Shown here: positions 28,623-38,208 of the stretch, piece by piece | Position numbering within the stretch: position 1 is the stretch's first letter | Layout of the letters: each line of letters starts with the position of its first letter | NCBI GenBank assembly: GCA_963725865.1 | Contig: CAVSAC010000012.1 | Location: 1,088,001-1,152,000 of the forward strand | Length of the DNA stretch: 64,000 nt | Direction of reading: 5' to 3' | Source: Candidatus Eiseniibacteriota bacterium | GTDB taxonomy: Bacteria > Eisenbacteria > RBG-16-71-46 | Notes under the pieces: generated by a model | Database searches by the model: none | Told to the model about the DNA's origin: nothing | Seen by the model: the letters and a program-made list of their open reading frames with translations, nothing else | Made by a program: the position numbers and the translations under genes

Positions 28623-31600
28623 ATGAGACGCTGGCGACGAGCGTGGGTCGTGGCGGTCGCGGCGCTGGCCGTGATCGCGGCCGTGCCGGGGCGCGCACCC
28701 TACTGGGACCGGGTGCGCGATGCACTCTCGAAGGGCCTGCCCAAGACGGCCCTCGAATCGATCGATCCCATCATCCGGGGGGCGCAGGACGAGCGCGCCT
28801 ACGCCGAGGCGATCCGGGCGATCGCGCTGAAGATCGCGCTCGAGGCGGGGATCCAGGGCAACCACCCCGAGGAGAAGATCACCCGCATGCAGGCGGCGAT
28901 CGCGCGCGCGCCCGCCGACATGCGCCCGCCGATGGAGGCCATCCTCGCCGACTGGTACTGGCAGTACTTCCAGCGCAACCGCTGGCGCTTCGCGCAGCGC
29001 TCGCGCACCGCCGCGATGCCCGACAGTGACTTCACGACCTGGGACCTGCCGCGCATCTACGCCGAGATCGACGCGCACTTCACCCGCGCGCTCGCGGGTG
29101 CGCCGCAACTGAAGCGTACGCCGGTCGCCGAGTACGCCGACCTGTTCGTCGGCGGCAATGCGCCCGATGCCTACCGGCCCACCCTCTACGACCTGGTGGC
29201 GTTCGAGGCGCTCGCGTTCTACGGCTCGGGCGAACAGGCCGGCGCGCGTCCCGAGGACGCGTTCGTGCTGCAGGCCGCGGGCCCCGCGTTCGCGCCCGCG
29301 GAGGAGTTCGCACGCTGGGCGATCGCCGCGACCGACACCACGTCGCCGATCCTGAAGGGACTGCGGTTGCACCAGCAGCTGCTGCGGTTCCACGCCAGCG
29401 ACCACGACCCCACCGCCCGGATCGACGCCGACCTGTGGCGGATCGAGTTCGCGCACGACCACGCCGTGGGGGACTCCCGGGACGCGCGGTACGCGGCGGC
29501 GCTCGAGCGGCTGATCGACCGCCATGCGGACCACGAGCTGTCGGCGCGAGCGCTGCACTCCCTCGCGACGCTGAGGCAGGCCCAGGGTGACCTGGTGCTG
29601 GCGCACGCCCTCGCGAAGCGCGGGCTCGATCGCTTCCCCGAGAGCGTCGGCGGACGGCGCTGCTTCAACCTGATCCAGGACATCGAGGCGCAGTCCCTCG
29701 CGGTGACCAGCTCGGACAACGTGTGGAACGAGCCGCGCCCGACGCTCGAGGTGAGCTACCGCAATCTCGATCGCGTCCACTTTCGCCTCGTCGCGGTCGA
29801 CTTCCCGCAGCAGATGGAGCGCCGCAGCGGAACCTACGACTACTATTCCAGGGAGCGCGTCGACTACATCCTGGGGCTGCCGCCGCTCCGCCAGTGGTCC
29901 GCACCACTCCCCGGCACTCCCGACTTCCGCACGCGCTCCATCCGGCTGCCCGCGCCGACCGGCCTGGCGTCGGGCGCCTACTTCCTGGTTTCGAGCATGA
30001 GCGGGGACTTCCGCGAGGAGAACAACTCGATCGCGATCGCGGAGATCTGGGTGAGCGACCTCGCGCTGGTCACGCGTCAGGGGCGCCCGGCCGGGCTGGA
30101 GGGATTCGTGCTCCGTGCCGCCGACGGCGCGCCGCTCGCCGGCGCCGCGATCCGCACCTGGCGGTGGGACCGTGCCGCGCGCCACGTGGTGCCGGGTCCG
30201 AACGCCCGCACCGGCGCGGATGGCCTGTTCCACATCCTGGACGCGCACGAGCTGGCGGGCCTGATGGTGACCCGCGGCGATCAGAAACTCGGCGAGTCGG
30301 ACCGGCTCGCGAACTACGAGGCGCCCGCGCCGCGCGCGCCGGCCGAGCGCACGTTGTTCTTCACCGACCGCGCGCTCTACCGGCCGGGACAGCCGATCCA
30401 GTACAAGGGACTCTGCATCCGCCTCGACACCGAGCGCGACGACTACCTCACGCTCGCCGACCGTGCGGTGCACGTGGTGCTGCGCGACGCCAACCGGCGG
30501 GAGGTCGCCACGGCCGATCTCCGGACCAACTCCCACGGCTCCTTCAGCGGCAGCTTCGTCGCGCCCGGGGACGCCCTGCTCGGCGCCATGAGCCTGGCGG
30601 TCGGCCGCGGACCGGACGGCAGCACCGGGATCCGCGTCGAGGAATACAAGCGTCCGCGCTTCCTGGTCACGCTCGACTCGCCCCTCACGCCGGCGCGGCT
30701 GGCCGACTCGGTGGCGGTGACGGGACACGCGCTCGCCTACACTGGCGCGCCGGTGGACGGCGCCGCCGTGAAGTGGCGCGTGCTGCGCCAGGTGCGCTAC
30801 CCGGACTGGTGGGGCTGGTGCTTCTGGTGGCGTCCGTCGGCGACCGGCGGCTCGCAGGAGATCGCGCACGGCAGCGCCACCACCGACGCCGAAGGCCGGT
30901 TCACGATCCCGTTCGTCGCGCGGCCCGATTCGGCGGTCGCGGCCGATCAGGAGCCCACGTTCCGATTCTCCGTGATGGCCGACATCACCGACGCCACTGG
31001 CGAGACGCGCTCGGCGACCCGCGCGGTGAGCGTCGGTTTCACCGCGCTGGCGGCCTCGCTGGGCGCCGCCGACTGGCAGCAGTCCGATCGCCCGGTCGAG
31101 ATCCTCGTGAGCACCGCCACGCTCGATGGTGCGGCGCAGGCGGCGCGCGGGACCTTGCGGATCGTGCGCCTGCGCGAGCCCGCCCGCGTCTCACGAGCGG
31201 CGTACACCGACGCCGCCGCCGCCCCCGCCGCCGCCCCCGCGGGCGGGGCTTCGGTCGGTGGCAGCGCGGCCGCACCGCCGATCGACGCCGCCGACCCCCG
31301 CACCTGGCCCGACGGCGAGGTCGCGATCGAGCGCCAGGTGCGCACGGACAGCAGCGGCAGCGTGCGCTCCGCGGTGCAGCTCGCCGCCGGGCTCTACCGC
31401 GCGCGATTCGAGGCTCGGGACCGCTTCGGCAGGCGGGTGACCGCGATGCTCCCGTTGCGCGTGATCGACCCCGCGGCCGCGCGCTGCGCGATCCGCGTGG
31501 CAGACCTGTTCACCGCGCCCACGTTCAGCGTCGAGGTCGGGGGCGAGTTCGTCGCGGTGTGGGGGACGGGCTACCCGGCGGGTCGCGCCTACGTCGAGGT

Positions 31601-34600
31601 CGAGCACCGCGGGCGAGTGCTCCAGGCCTACTGGACGGAGCCGGGCCGCACCCAGGTCGCCATTCGCCAGCGGGTCGACGCCGCGATGCGGGGCGGATTC
31701 CTGGTGCGCGTGACCCGGGTGTGCGAGAACCGCGCGTACCTCCACGAGCAGCGGGTCGACGTGCCGTGGAGCGACCGGGTGCTGAGCCTGCGCTGGGAGC
31801 ACTTCGTCTCGAAGCTGCAGCCCGGCCAGCACGAGACCTGGACCGCGGTGGTGACCGGACCCGACGCGTCCCGCGTCAGCGCCGAGATGGTCGCCACGCT
31901 CTACGACGCCTCGCTCGATGCGTACGCTCGCCACGGCTGGCTGGGACGCATCGGGGGGTTCCGAACCGAGTGGAACCCGCGCGGAGCGCAGAGTCGCCTC
32001 GGCGCGGCGGCGCTGCAGACGGTGCGCGGAAGCTGGGTGCGCGCCTGGCGCGACTCGTGGCTCCAGTACCGCAGCCTGCCTTCGGGCCTGCTGTGGGGCG
32101 ACTACACCTACGGATTGCTCGGCATGCCGGCGCCGGGCTCCCGTGGGGATCCGCGGCTGGGCGTCGAGGTCGGTGCCGCGCGGGAGCTCAACACGAAGCC
32201 CGCGACCACCAGGCAGTCGATCTCCGCCGAGCGGCTGAGCGGCATCCCGGTCGACAACGTGCGCGAGGAGCTCTCCGTGATGGCCGGGATCGCGAGCGAG
32301 GGCGACGAGCTGCACTTCCGGGGCGGGCGCGGCGGCGAGCTGAAGCGCCAGTTCGACGGCGTGGCGGTCTCCGATGCCAGCGCCACGCCCGAGCCGGCGC
32401 TCGACCAGGTGGTCGCGCGGCGGAACCTGGCCGAGACCGCGTTCTTCTTCCCGCACCTGCTGACCGACTCGCGACGGCGAGGTGCGCATGGAGTTCACGA
32501 TGCCCGAGGGGCTCACGGAGTGGCGCTTCCTCGGCTTCGCGCACGACGATCGCCTGCGCAGCGGCACGCTGGAGGCGCGGGCCGTCACCGCCAAGGACCT
32601 GATGGTGCAGCCGAATCCGCCGCGCTTCCTGCGCGAGGGGGACGAGCTGGAGTTCACGGTCAAGGTGACGAACCGCTCCGAGGCGCCGCAGCGCGGCCGC
32701 ATCCGGCTGACATTCGCCGCGCGCCGGCGACGGCGCGCCCGCCGACGCGGCGCTCGGCAACGCGCGAGCCCGAGGTCGCCCTCGAGGTGCCCGCGCGCGC
32801 GTCGCACACGTACGCGTGGCGCATCCGGGTGCCGGATGGGCTCGGCGTGCTCACGTACAAGGCGGTGGCTTCCACCGGCACGCTCTCGGACGGCGAGGAG
32901 GGCTACGTGCCCGTGCTCTCGCGCCGCATCCTGGTGATCGAGTCGCTGCCGCTGCCGATCCGCGGGCCGCTCACGCGCACCTTCGACTTCGAGCGGCTGC
33001 GTCGCTCCGGCGAGTCGAGCACGCTGGTGAGCCAGTCGCTCACGGTGCAGATGGTGTCGAACCCGGCGTGGTACGCGGTGATGGCGCTGCCGTACCTGAT
33101 CGAGTACCCGTACGAGTGCAGCGAGCAGACGTTCAACCGTCTCTACGCGAACGCGCTCGCACGGCACATCGCGAACTCCGATCCGCGGATCCGCCGGGTG
33201 TTCGATCAGTGGCGCGACACGCCCGCGCTCGAATCGCCGCTCGAGCGCAACGCCGATCTCAAGGCGGTCACTCTCGCGGAGACGCCGTGGCTGGTGCAGG
33301 CGCAGTCCGAGAGCCGCGCGCGGCGCAACGTCGGAATCCTGTTCGAGCGGGGCCGCCTCGACCGTGAGACCGCGCGGGTGATCGAGCAGCTGCGCCGCAT
33401 GCAGACCGAGGACGGGCGCTGGCCGTGGTTCCCGGGCGGTCCGCCCAACGACTACATCACGCTCTACATCACGACCGGCTTCGGCCGCCTGCGCCACCTG
33501 GGCGTCGACGTGCCGGTGGATCCCGCGCTGCGGGCGCTCACCAGCCTCGACGCGTGGAGCGATCGCATGTATCGGGAGATCCTGCACTGGGGGCGCAAGG
33601 ACGACGACCACCTCTCGCCGGTGATCGCGCTCTACCTCTATGGACGCAGCTTCTACCTGAAGGATCAGCCGATCGCCCCGGCGCACCGGGAAGCGGTCGA
33701 CTACTGGCTCGCACAGGCCCGCCGCTACTGGCTGCGTCATCCGGAGCGGCAGACGCGCGGCCATCTGGCGATCGCGCTCCTACGCTTCGGGGACGCCACG
33801 ACCGCGCACGACATCATGCGCTCGGTGAAGGAGTACGCGGTGACCGACGAGGAGTTGGGCATGTTCTGGCGCGACACCGAGTACTCGTGGTGGTGGTATC
33901 GCGCTCCGATCGAGACGCAGGCCATGATGATCGAGGCATTCGACGAGGTGATGGGGGACTCGAGCGCCGTGGAGGGGTGCAAGGTCTGGTTGCTGAAGCA
34001 GAAGCAGACCCAGGACTGGAAGACCACGAAGGCCACGGCCGACGCCGTCTACGCCCTGCTGCTGCGCGGCACCGGCGTGCTGGCCTCGGAGGCGCTCGTG
34101 CAGGTCTCGCTCGGGGACACGCTGATCCGCCCGCGGAATGCCGAGGCCGGCACCGGCTACTTCGAGCGGCGCTTCGTCGGCCGCGAGATCGAGCCCACCA
34201 TGGCCCGCGTGCAGGTGACCAAGACCGACCCGGGTGTCGCGTGGGGGAGCGTGCACTGGCAGTACCTCGAGGATATGGACAAGGTCACGCCCTACGCGGG
34301 CACGCCGCTGCGCCTCACCAAGTCGCTGTTTGTGCGCACGAGCGGCAAGGCGGGCCCCGAGCTGCACGCGGTGACCGGTCCGGTGAAGGTCGGCGACGAG
34401 CTGGTGGTGCGCATCGAGCTGCGCACCGATCGCGACATGGAGTACGTGCACCTGAAGGACCAGCGCGGCAGCGGGGTGGAGCCGGTGAACGTGCTCTCGC
34501 GCTACCAGTACCAGGATGGGCTGCGCTACTACGAGCAGACGCGTGACGTCGCCAGCCATTTCTTCATCGACTACCTGCCGAAGGGCACCTACGTGTTCGA

Positions 34601-34718
34601 GTACCCGGTGCGCGTGCAACTGCGCGGGCGCTACACCAGCGGTATGGCCGAGATCCAGTGCATGTACGCGCCCGAGTTCAACAGCCACTCGGCGAGCGTG
34701 CCGCTGACCGTCCAGTAG
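28623..34718 (+). CDS. Bacterial alpha-2-macroglobulin family protein (internal compensating frameshifts ~32470-32765)
   Basis: Signal peptide, FTDRALYRPG, VEEYKRP, ETAFFFP, thioester YPYECSEQ, WPWFPGG, MYAPEF. Confidence 0.9.
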   Translation: MRRWRRAWVVAVAALAVIAAVPGRAPYWDRVRDALSKGLPKTALESIDPIIRGAQDERAYAEAIRAIALKIALEAGIQGNHPEEKITRMQAAIARAPADMRPPMEAILADWYWQYFQRNRWRFAQRSRTAAMPDSDFTTWDLPRIYAEIDAHFTRALAGAPQLKRTPVAEYADLFVGGNAPDAYRPTLYDLVAFEALAFYGSGEQAGARPEDAFVLQAAGPAFAPAEEFARWAIAATDTTSPILKGLRLHQQLLRFHASDHDPTARIDADLWRIEFAHDHAVGDSRDARYAAALERLIDRHADHELSARALHSLATLRQAQGDLVLAHALAKRGLDRFPESVGGRRCFNLIQDIEAQSLAVTSSDNVWNEPRPTLEVSYRNLDRVHFRLVAVDFPQQMERRSGTYDYYSRERVDYILGLPPLRQWSAPLPGTPDFRTRSIRLPAPTGLASGAYFLVSSMSGDFREENNSIAIAEIWVSDLALVTRQGRPAGLEGFVLRAADGAPLAGAAIRTWRWDRAARHVVPGPNARTGADGLFHILDAHELAGLMVTRGDQKLGESDRLANYEAPAPRAPAERTLFFTDRALYRPGQPIQYKGLCIRLDTERDDYLTLADRAVHVVLRDANRREVATADLRTNSHGSFSGSFVAPGDALLGAMSLAVGRGPDGSTGIRVEEYKRPRFLVTLDSPLTPARLADSVAVTGHALAYTGAPVDGAAVKWRVLRQVRYPDWWGWCFWWRPSATGGSQEIAHGSATTDAEGRFTIPFVARPDSAVAADQEPTFRFSVMADITDATGETRSATRAVSVGFTALAASLGAADWQQSDRPVEILVSTATLDGAAQAARGTLRIVRLREPARVSRAAYTDAAAAPAAAPAGGASVGGSAAAPPIDAADPRTWPDGEVAIERQVRTDSSGSVRSAVQLAAGLYRARFEARDRFGRRVTAMLPLRVIDPAAARCAIRVADLFTAPTFSVEVGGEFVAVWGTGYPAGRAYVEVEHRGRVLQAYWTEPGRTQVAIRQRVDAAMRGGFLVRVTRVCENRAYLHEQRVDVPWSDRVLSLRWEHFVSKLQPGQHETWTAVVTGPDASRVSAEMVATLYDASLDAYARHGWLGRIGGFRTEWNPRGAQSRLGAAALQTVRGSWVRAWRDSWLQYRSLPSGLLWGDYTYGLLGMPAPGSRGDPRLGVEVGAARELNTKPATTRQSISAERLSGIPVDNVREELSVMAGIASEGDELHFRGGRGGELKRQFDGVAVSDASATPEPALDQVVARRNLAETAFFFPHLLTDSRRRGAHGVHDARGAHGVALPRLRARRSPAQRHAGGAGRHRQGPDGAAESAALPARGGRAGVHGQGDEPLRGAAARPHPADIRRAPATARPPTRRSATREPEVALEVPARASHTYAWRIRVPDGLGVLTYKAVASTGTLSDGEEGYVPVLSRRILVIESLPLPIRGPLTRTFDFERLRRSGESSTLVSQSLTVQMVSNPAWYAVMALPYLIEYPYECSEQTFNRLYANALARHIANSDPRIRRVFDQWRDTPALESPLERNADLKAVTLAETPWLVQAQSESRARRNVGILFERGRLDRETARVIEQLRRMQTEDGRWPWFPGGPPNDYITLYITTGFGRLRHLGVDVPVDPALRALTSLDAWSDRMYREILHWGRKDDDHLSPVIALYLYGRSFYLKDQPIAPAHREAVDYWLAQARRYWLRHPERQTRGHLAIALLRFGDATTAHDIMRSVKEYAVTDEELGMFWRDTEYSWWWYRAPIETQAMMIEAFDEVMGDSSAVEGCKVWLLKQKQTQDWKTTKATADAVYALLLRGTGVLASEALVQVSLGDTLIRPRNAEAGTGYFERRFVGREIEPTMARVQVTKTDPGVAWGSVHWQYLEDMDKVTPYAGTPLRLTKSLFVRTSGKAGPELHAVTGPVKVGDELVVRIELRTDRDMEYVHLKDQRGSGVEPVNVLSRYQYQDGLRYYEQTRDVASHFFIDYLPKGTYVFEYPVRVQLRGRYTSGMAEIQCMYAPEFNSHSASVPLTVQ

Positions 34719-34730
34719 CGCGCGAGGCGT

Positions 34731-34778
34731 CCGGAACGGAGCCGCGGCGGTCCCCGATGGGCTCGCCGCGGCGTTCCG
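34731..34778. terminator. Hairpin between convergent genes
   Basis: CCGGAAC..GCCGCGGCG / CGCCGCGGC.GTTCCGG inverted repeat. Confidence 0.45.
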
Positions 34779-34862
34779 GCACGAGTCCATCGTGACGGCA
34801 CGGCGGCCACGCCCGGGATCGGGCGTGGCCGCATGCCGGATGCGGATGGAGGTTCGGACGGA

Positions 34863-35906
34863 CTAGCGGTAGCGCACCTTGACCTGGCCCCAGCTCGGGC
34901 GCGCGCCCGGCGTCGGGCAGTCCATCCCGGAGACCGTCAGCGCGTACACCGAGCCGCACGGCACTCCGGAGAACGCACTGGTCGACACGAAGATCGCGTA
35001 GTCCCCGGCCGGCAGCGTCGCCGAGCAGGTCGTGCTCTCGCACGGATTCGCGACGTTGATCCCGCAGGAGAGACCGAGGAGATCGCAGCCCTGGGTCAGA
35101 TCCACGATCGCGAGCGCGGTCGTGGCCTGCCCGATCGCCGTCGCGGTGATCGTCGTGGTGCCCGTCAGCGAGAACGCGTACCAGTCGGTGTCGCGCGTCG
35201 GGCCGTTGAGGGGATCCACGTACGTCCCGTACGTGCCGCACACCGTGACCGACGGTGCGCACGGAAGGATGGTATAGGTCGGCGGGTCCGAGTTGCAGCC
35301 GGCGTTGAACACGTCGACATAGCCGTCGTAGCAGTTCGGCTCGCCCTCGGGGATCGACCCCGCCGGACAGGCGAACTGACACGGAGGCGGACACTCGTTG
35401 ATCGTCAGCTCGTAGTCGCCGCAGTCCCCGCCGTAGCCGTCCACCACGATGTAGTACGTCTGCCCGGCGGCCAGGCTCACGTTCGCGATCTCGGACTGGA
35501 GGCCGCAGTTGTCGTCATTGCAGGCGACCAGCGTCGGTCCCGGGCCGGCGAGCAGGTTGAGGATCGTGTCGAAGGTGGTCATCGGCGAGCACAGCGAGAT
35601 CGTCACGCACATGTCGGCGGCCGGCGTGAACGAGTACACGAGATCGGGGCCGGTGCCACCGCAGGCCTCAATGATGTCGGGGGAGTAGTTGCAACTGTTG
35701 CCGGTGACCGTGAAGGGGATTCCCGGGATCGGGATCGCGTCCGCGTAGGTCTCGCCCGCGATCATCGGGGTGATGTGTCGCGGCTTCACGGATCCGCTCT
35801 CGAGCTTGATGGGAGGCCGATTGCCGAGTTCCGACACAGGGGCGGCGAGCGCCTGATCGGCGCCCAGCGCGAGGAACATCACCAAGGGGAGTAGCGCGTG
35901 CCTCAT
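34863..35906 (-). CDS. Secreted Cys-rich protein (two PPC-like domains) ending in SWGQVKVRYR
   Basis: Signal peptide; DLVYSF, FDTIL, CNDDNC, TYYIVVDGY, DTDWYAF; GGAGG RBS. Confidence 0.75.
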   Translation of the reverse strand: MRHALLPLVMFLALGADQALAAPVSELGNRPPIKLESGSVKPRHITPMIAGETYADAIPIPGIPFTVTGNSCNYSPDIIEACGGTGPDLVYSFTPAADMCVTISLCSPMTTFDTILNLLAGPGPTLVACNDDNCGLQSEIANVSLAAGQTYYIVVDGYGGDCGDYELTINECPPPCQFACPAGSIPEGEPNCYDGYVDVFNAGCNSDPPTYTILPCAPSVTVCGTYGTYVDPLNGPTRDTDWYAFSLTGTTTITATAIGQATTALAIVDLTQGCDLLGLSCGINVANPCESTTCSATLPAGDYAIFVSTSAFSGVPCGSVYALTVSGMDCPTPGARPSWGQVKVRYR

Positions 35907-36162
35907 GACAGACCTCCCGCATCATGGGGCTCTCGGCCGCGTGCGTGCCGACGAGTTGGCCATGTGCGTGTCCGGCGCGGTCCCGAAACCGGGGCGGACC
36001 CCCGCCCTGCGGGATCGACCGTGTGTGGGGAGAGAATCCCGTTCACGCTCGGCCAGCCACAGGCCAGAGCGGAGTCAGGCGGCCCAAAGCTGCTCGAACG
36101 CGGGTCCGTTCGACCTGCGCGGCCCGCAGGGGAGGGAACTCGCGCAGACTACTTCTGAACAC

Positions 36163-36184
36163 CGAGCTTGGAAAGCTCGATTTT
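36163..36184. terminator. Short hairpin with T-run
   Basis: CGAGCTT-GGA-AAGCTCG-ATTTT, downstream of cbpM. Confidence 0.4.
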
Positions 36185-36336
36185 CGCTCTTATGAGGTGA
36201 GTTCGTTCGGGAGGTATCAACTTGGTGGGAGCCGCCGGGGATCGACCACTCCTCAGATACATGACGCTGAAGCGGCCGCGCACGGTCCGCACGGAAGGTC
36301 GCTTCGCCGCGGGAACCCGGGGGCGCGCTCGCCGGT

Positions 36337-36657
36337 TCAGTCACCGCCCAGAACCTGGAGTCGCGCCCGCAGGGTTTCTATCTCTTCGAGCAGTTCCAGC
36401 GCCAGCGCGGCCCCGGCGAGATTGACGCCGAGGTCGCGCTGCAGATGCGAGGCCACCCGGACCCGGCGCAGGTGGACGGAGGTGAACCGCCAACGCTGGG
36501 GCTCGTGCCCGACCGGCGCGAGCACGCCTTCCTCGACCAGTTCGACGATGAACTCGGTCTTCACGCCGCACACGCGGCAGACTTCTGTCAGCGTCAGCTC
36601 GGTCGGTTCCTCGGGGACGATCCCGGTCGCTTGCGACGAGTCGTTCTTGCGAGCCAT
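36337..36657 (-). CDS. cbpM: Chaperone modulator CbpM (MerR-like HTH)
   Basis: LTLTEVCRVCG, ELVEEGVL, LQRDLGVNLAGAALALELL; directly after cbpA. Confidence 0.9.
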   Translation of the reverse strand: MARKNDSSQATGIVPEEPTELTLTEVCRVCGVKTEFIVELVEEGVLAPVGHEPQRWRFTSVHLRRVRVASHLQRDLGVNLAGAALALELLEEIETLRARLQVLGGD

Positions 36658-36659
36658 GT

Positions 36660-37604
36660 CTACACTCCCAGCTTCGCGCGCGGGTGGAAGGAGCCGAACT
36701 TCCCGGCCATGTCGCGGTAGAAGGCCTTGGCCGCATCGTCGTCGGCGGGGGGCAGGGCGATCTGGAGCACGACGTAGAGATCGCCCGGCGTGCTGCCCGG
36801 GATGCCGCGGCCCTTCAGTCGCAGCGGGGTGCGCGCGGTCGAACCGGCCGGGATCTTGAGCTCGACCATGCCGCTCGGAGTCGGCACCTTCACCGCCGCA
36901 CCCAGCGCAGCCTCCCAGGGCGCGACCGGTAGATCGAGATACACGTCACGCTCCTCCACGCGATAGCGCGCATGTGGGCGGAACTCGACTTCCAGGTACA
37001 GGTCGCCCGCTTGGCCCTGACCCAGGCCCGGGCCGCCTTGTCCCGCCAGGCGGAGGATCTGCCCGGCATGGACGCCGCGCGGGAACGTGACGTTGAGCTT
37101 GCGCTCGCGCAGGGTCACTCGCCCCGCTCCATCCACGTCGGGCACCTGCAGGGTGATGGTGCGGCTGGCCCCGTTGTACGCGTCTTCCAGGTCGATGAGC
37201 ACCTTGGCGTGGCGGTCCTCGCCGTCGGCGTGCAACGCGACGCGGCCCCCACGCCCAGCGAAGCCGCGCCCGAACAGCGCTTCGAAGAAGTCGCTGAAGT
37301 CTGCCGTGTCGCCGGGGGTGAAGCCGCCGCCGGAGGTCTCGTATCCGGCGTTCCAGTCGGGTGGCGGATGGAAATCCTGCCCCGCTTTCCAATTCGCACC
37401 CAACCGGTCGTACGCCGCCCGCTTGACCGGGTCCTTGAGTACCTCGTAGGCCTCGCCCAGCTCCTTGAAGCGGTTCTCGGCCTGCGGATCCTTGCTGACG
37501 TCGGGGTGATGCTTGCGCGCGAGCTGGCGATAGGCGCGCTTGATGTCGTCCGCGGACGCGTCGCGCGGCACCCCGACGATGCTGTAGTAGTCCTTGAATT
37601 CCAT
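36660..37604 (-). CDS. cbpA: Curved DNA-binding DnaJ-class chaperone CbpA
   Basis: MEFKDYY J-domain with HPD, DFSDFFE, DnaJ C-terminal domain, no Zn finger. Confidence 0.92.
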   Translation of the reverse strand: MEFKDYYSIVGVPRDASADDIKRAYRQLARKHHPDVSKDPQAENRFKELGEAYEVLKDPVKRAAYDRLGANWKAGQDFHPPPDWNAGYETSGGGFTPGDTADFSDFFEALFGRGFAGRGGRVALHADGEDRHAKVLIDLEDAYNGASRTITLQVPDVDGAGRVTLRERKLNVTFPRGVHAGQILRLAGQGGPGLGQGQAGDLYLEVEFRPHARYRVEERDVYLDLPVAPWEAALGAAVKVPTPSGMVELKIPAGSTARTPLRLKGRGIPGSTPGDLYVVLQIALPPADDDAAKAFYRDMAGKFGSFHPRAKLGV

Positions 37605-37688
37605 CCCGCCCTCGGCGAAGCCGCGCCCGGCGTGGCGTGGTCGCGCGGCATTGTACCCCCGTCGCCGCGCGCCGCGCAGGAGCGACCG

Positions 37689-38015
37689 CTGCTGCGCTAC
37701 GTATTCCACGCGGGAGAGCGGCTGCTCCACACCGGGTGGTTCATCGAGTCCCTGGCCACGCAGGTGCTGATCATCTTCGTGATCCGGACGCGAGGCAATC
37801 CGTTCCGCCCGAGACCCGGCTCGATCCCGACGGCGACCTCGCTCGCGGTCGTCGCTGTCGCAGCGATGCTGCCCTGCACCCCGCTCGGAGCACGGCTCGG
37901 CTTCGTGCCGGCGCCGGGGCTGTTCTTCCTGATCTTGGCGGGCATGGTCGTCGCCTATCTCGTCATGGTCCAGGCGGTGAAGACTTGGTTCTACCGCCGC
38001 TTCGCGGTGGCCTGA
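37689..38015 (+). pseudogene. mgtA: C-terminal remnant of Mg2+-transporting P-type ATPase (MgtA-like)
   Basis: [25 protein letters not shown]...TPLG..LGF...[15 protein letters not shown]; only the last ~108 codons, no start. Confidence 0.8.
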
Positions 38016-38208
38016 ACGCCCGTGGTCTTTCCCCCCAGATCGGTTCAAAGCCAGGGTCCTGAGCGAGTGCTCATCGCAAATTCCAGCGGAATCGCGCGCC
38101 AGCCAAACGGCGCCATGGCGAGACCCCTCGGCGGCAGGTTATGGTGCGCGCTCGGCGGTGCGTCTCCGCCTGGCCGCGTCCAGAACCCATCCCCCTTGGA
38201 GGTCCGCG

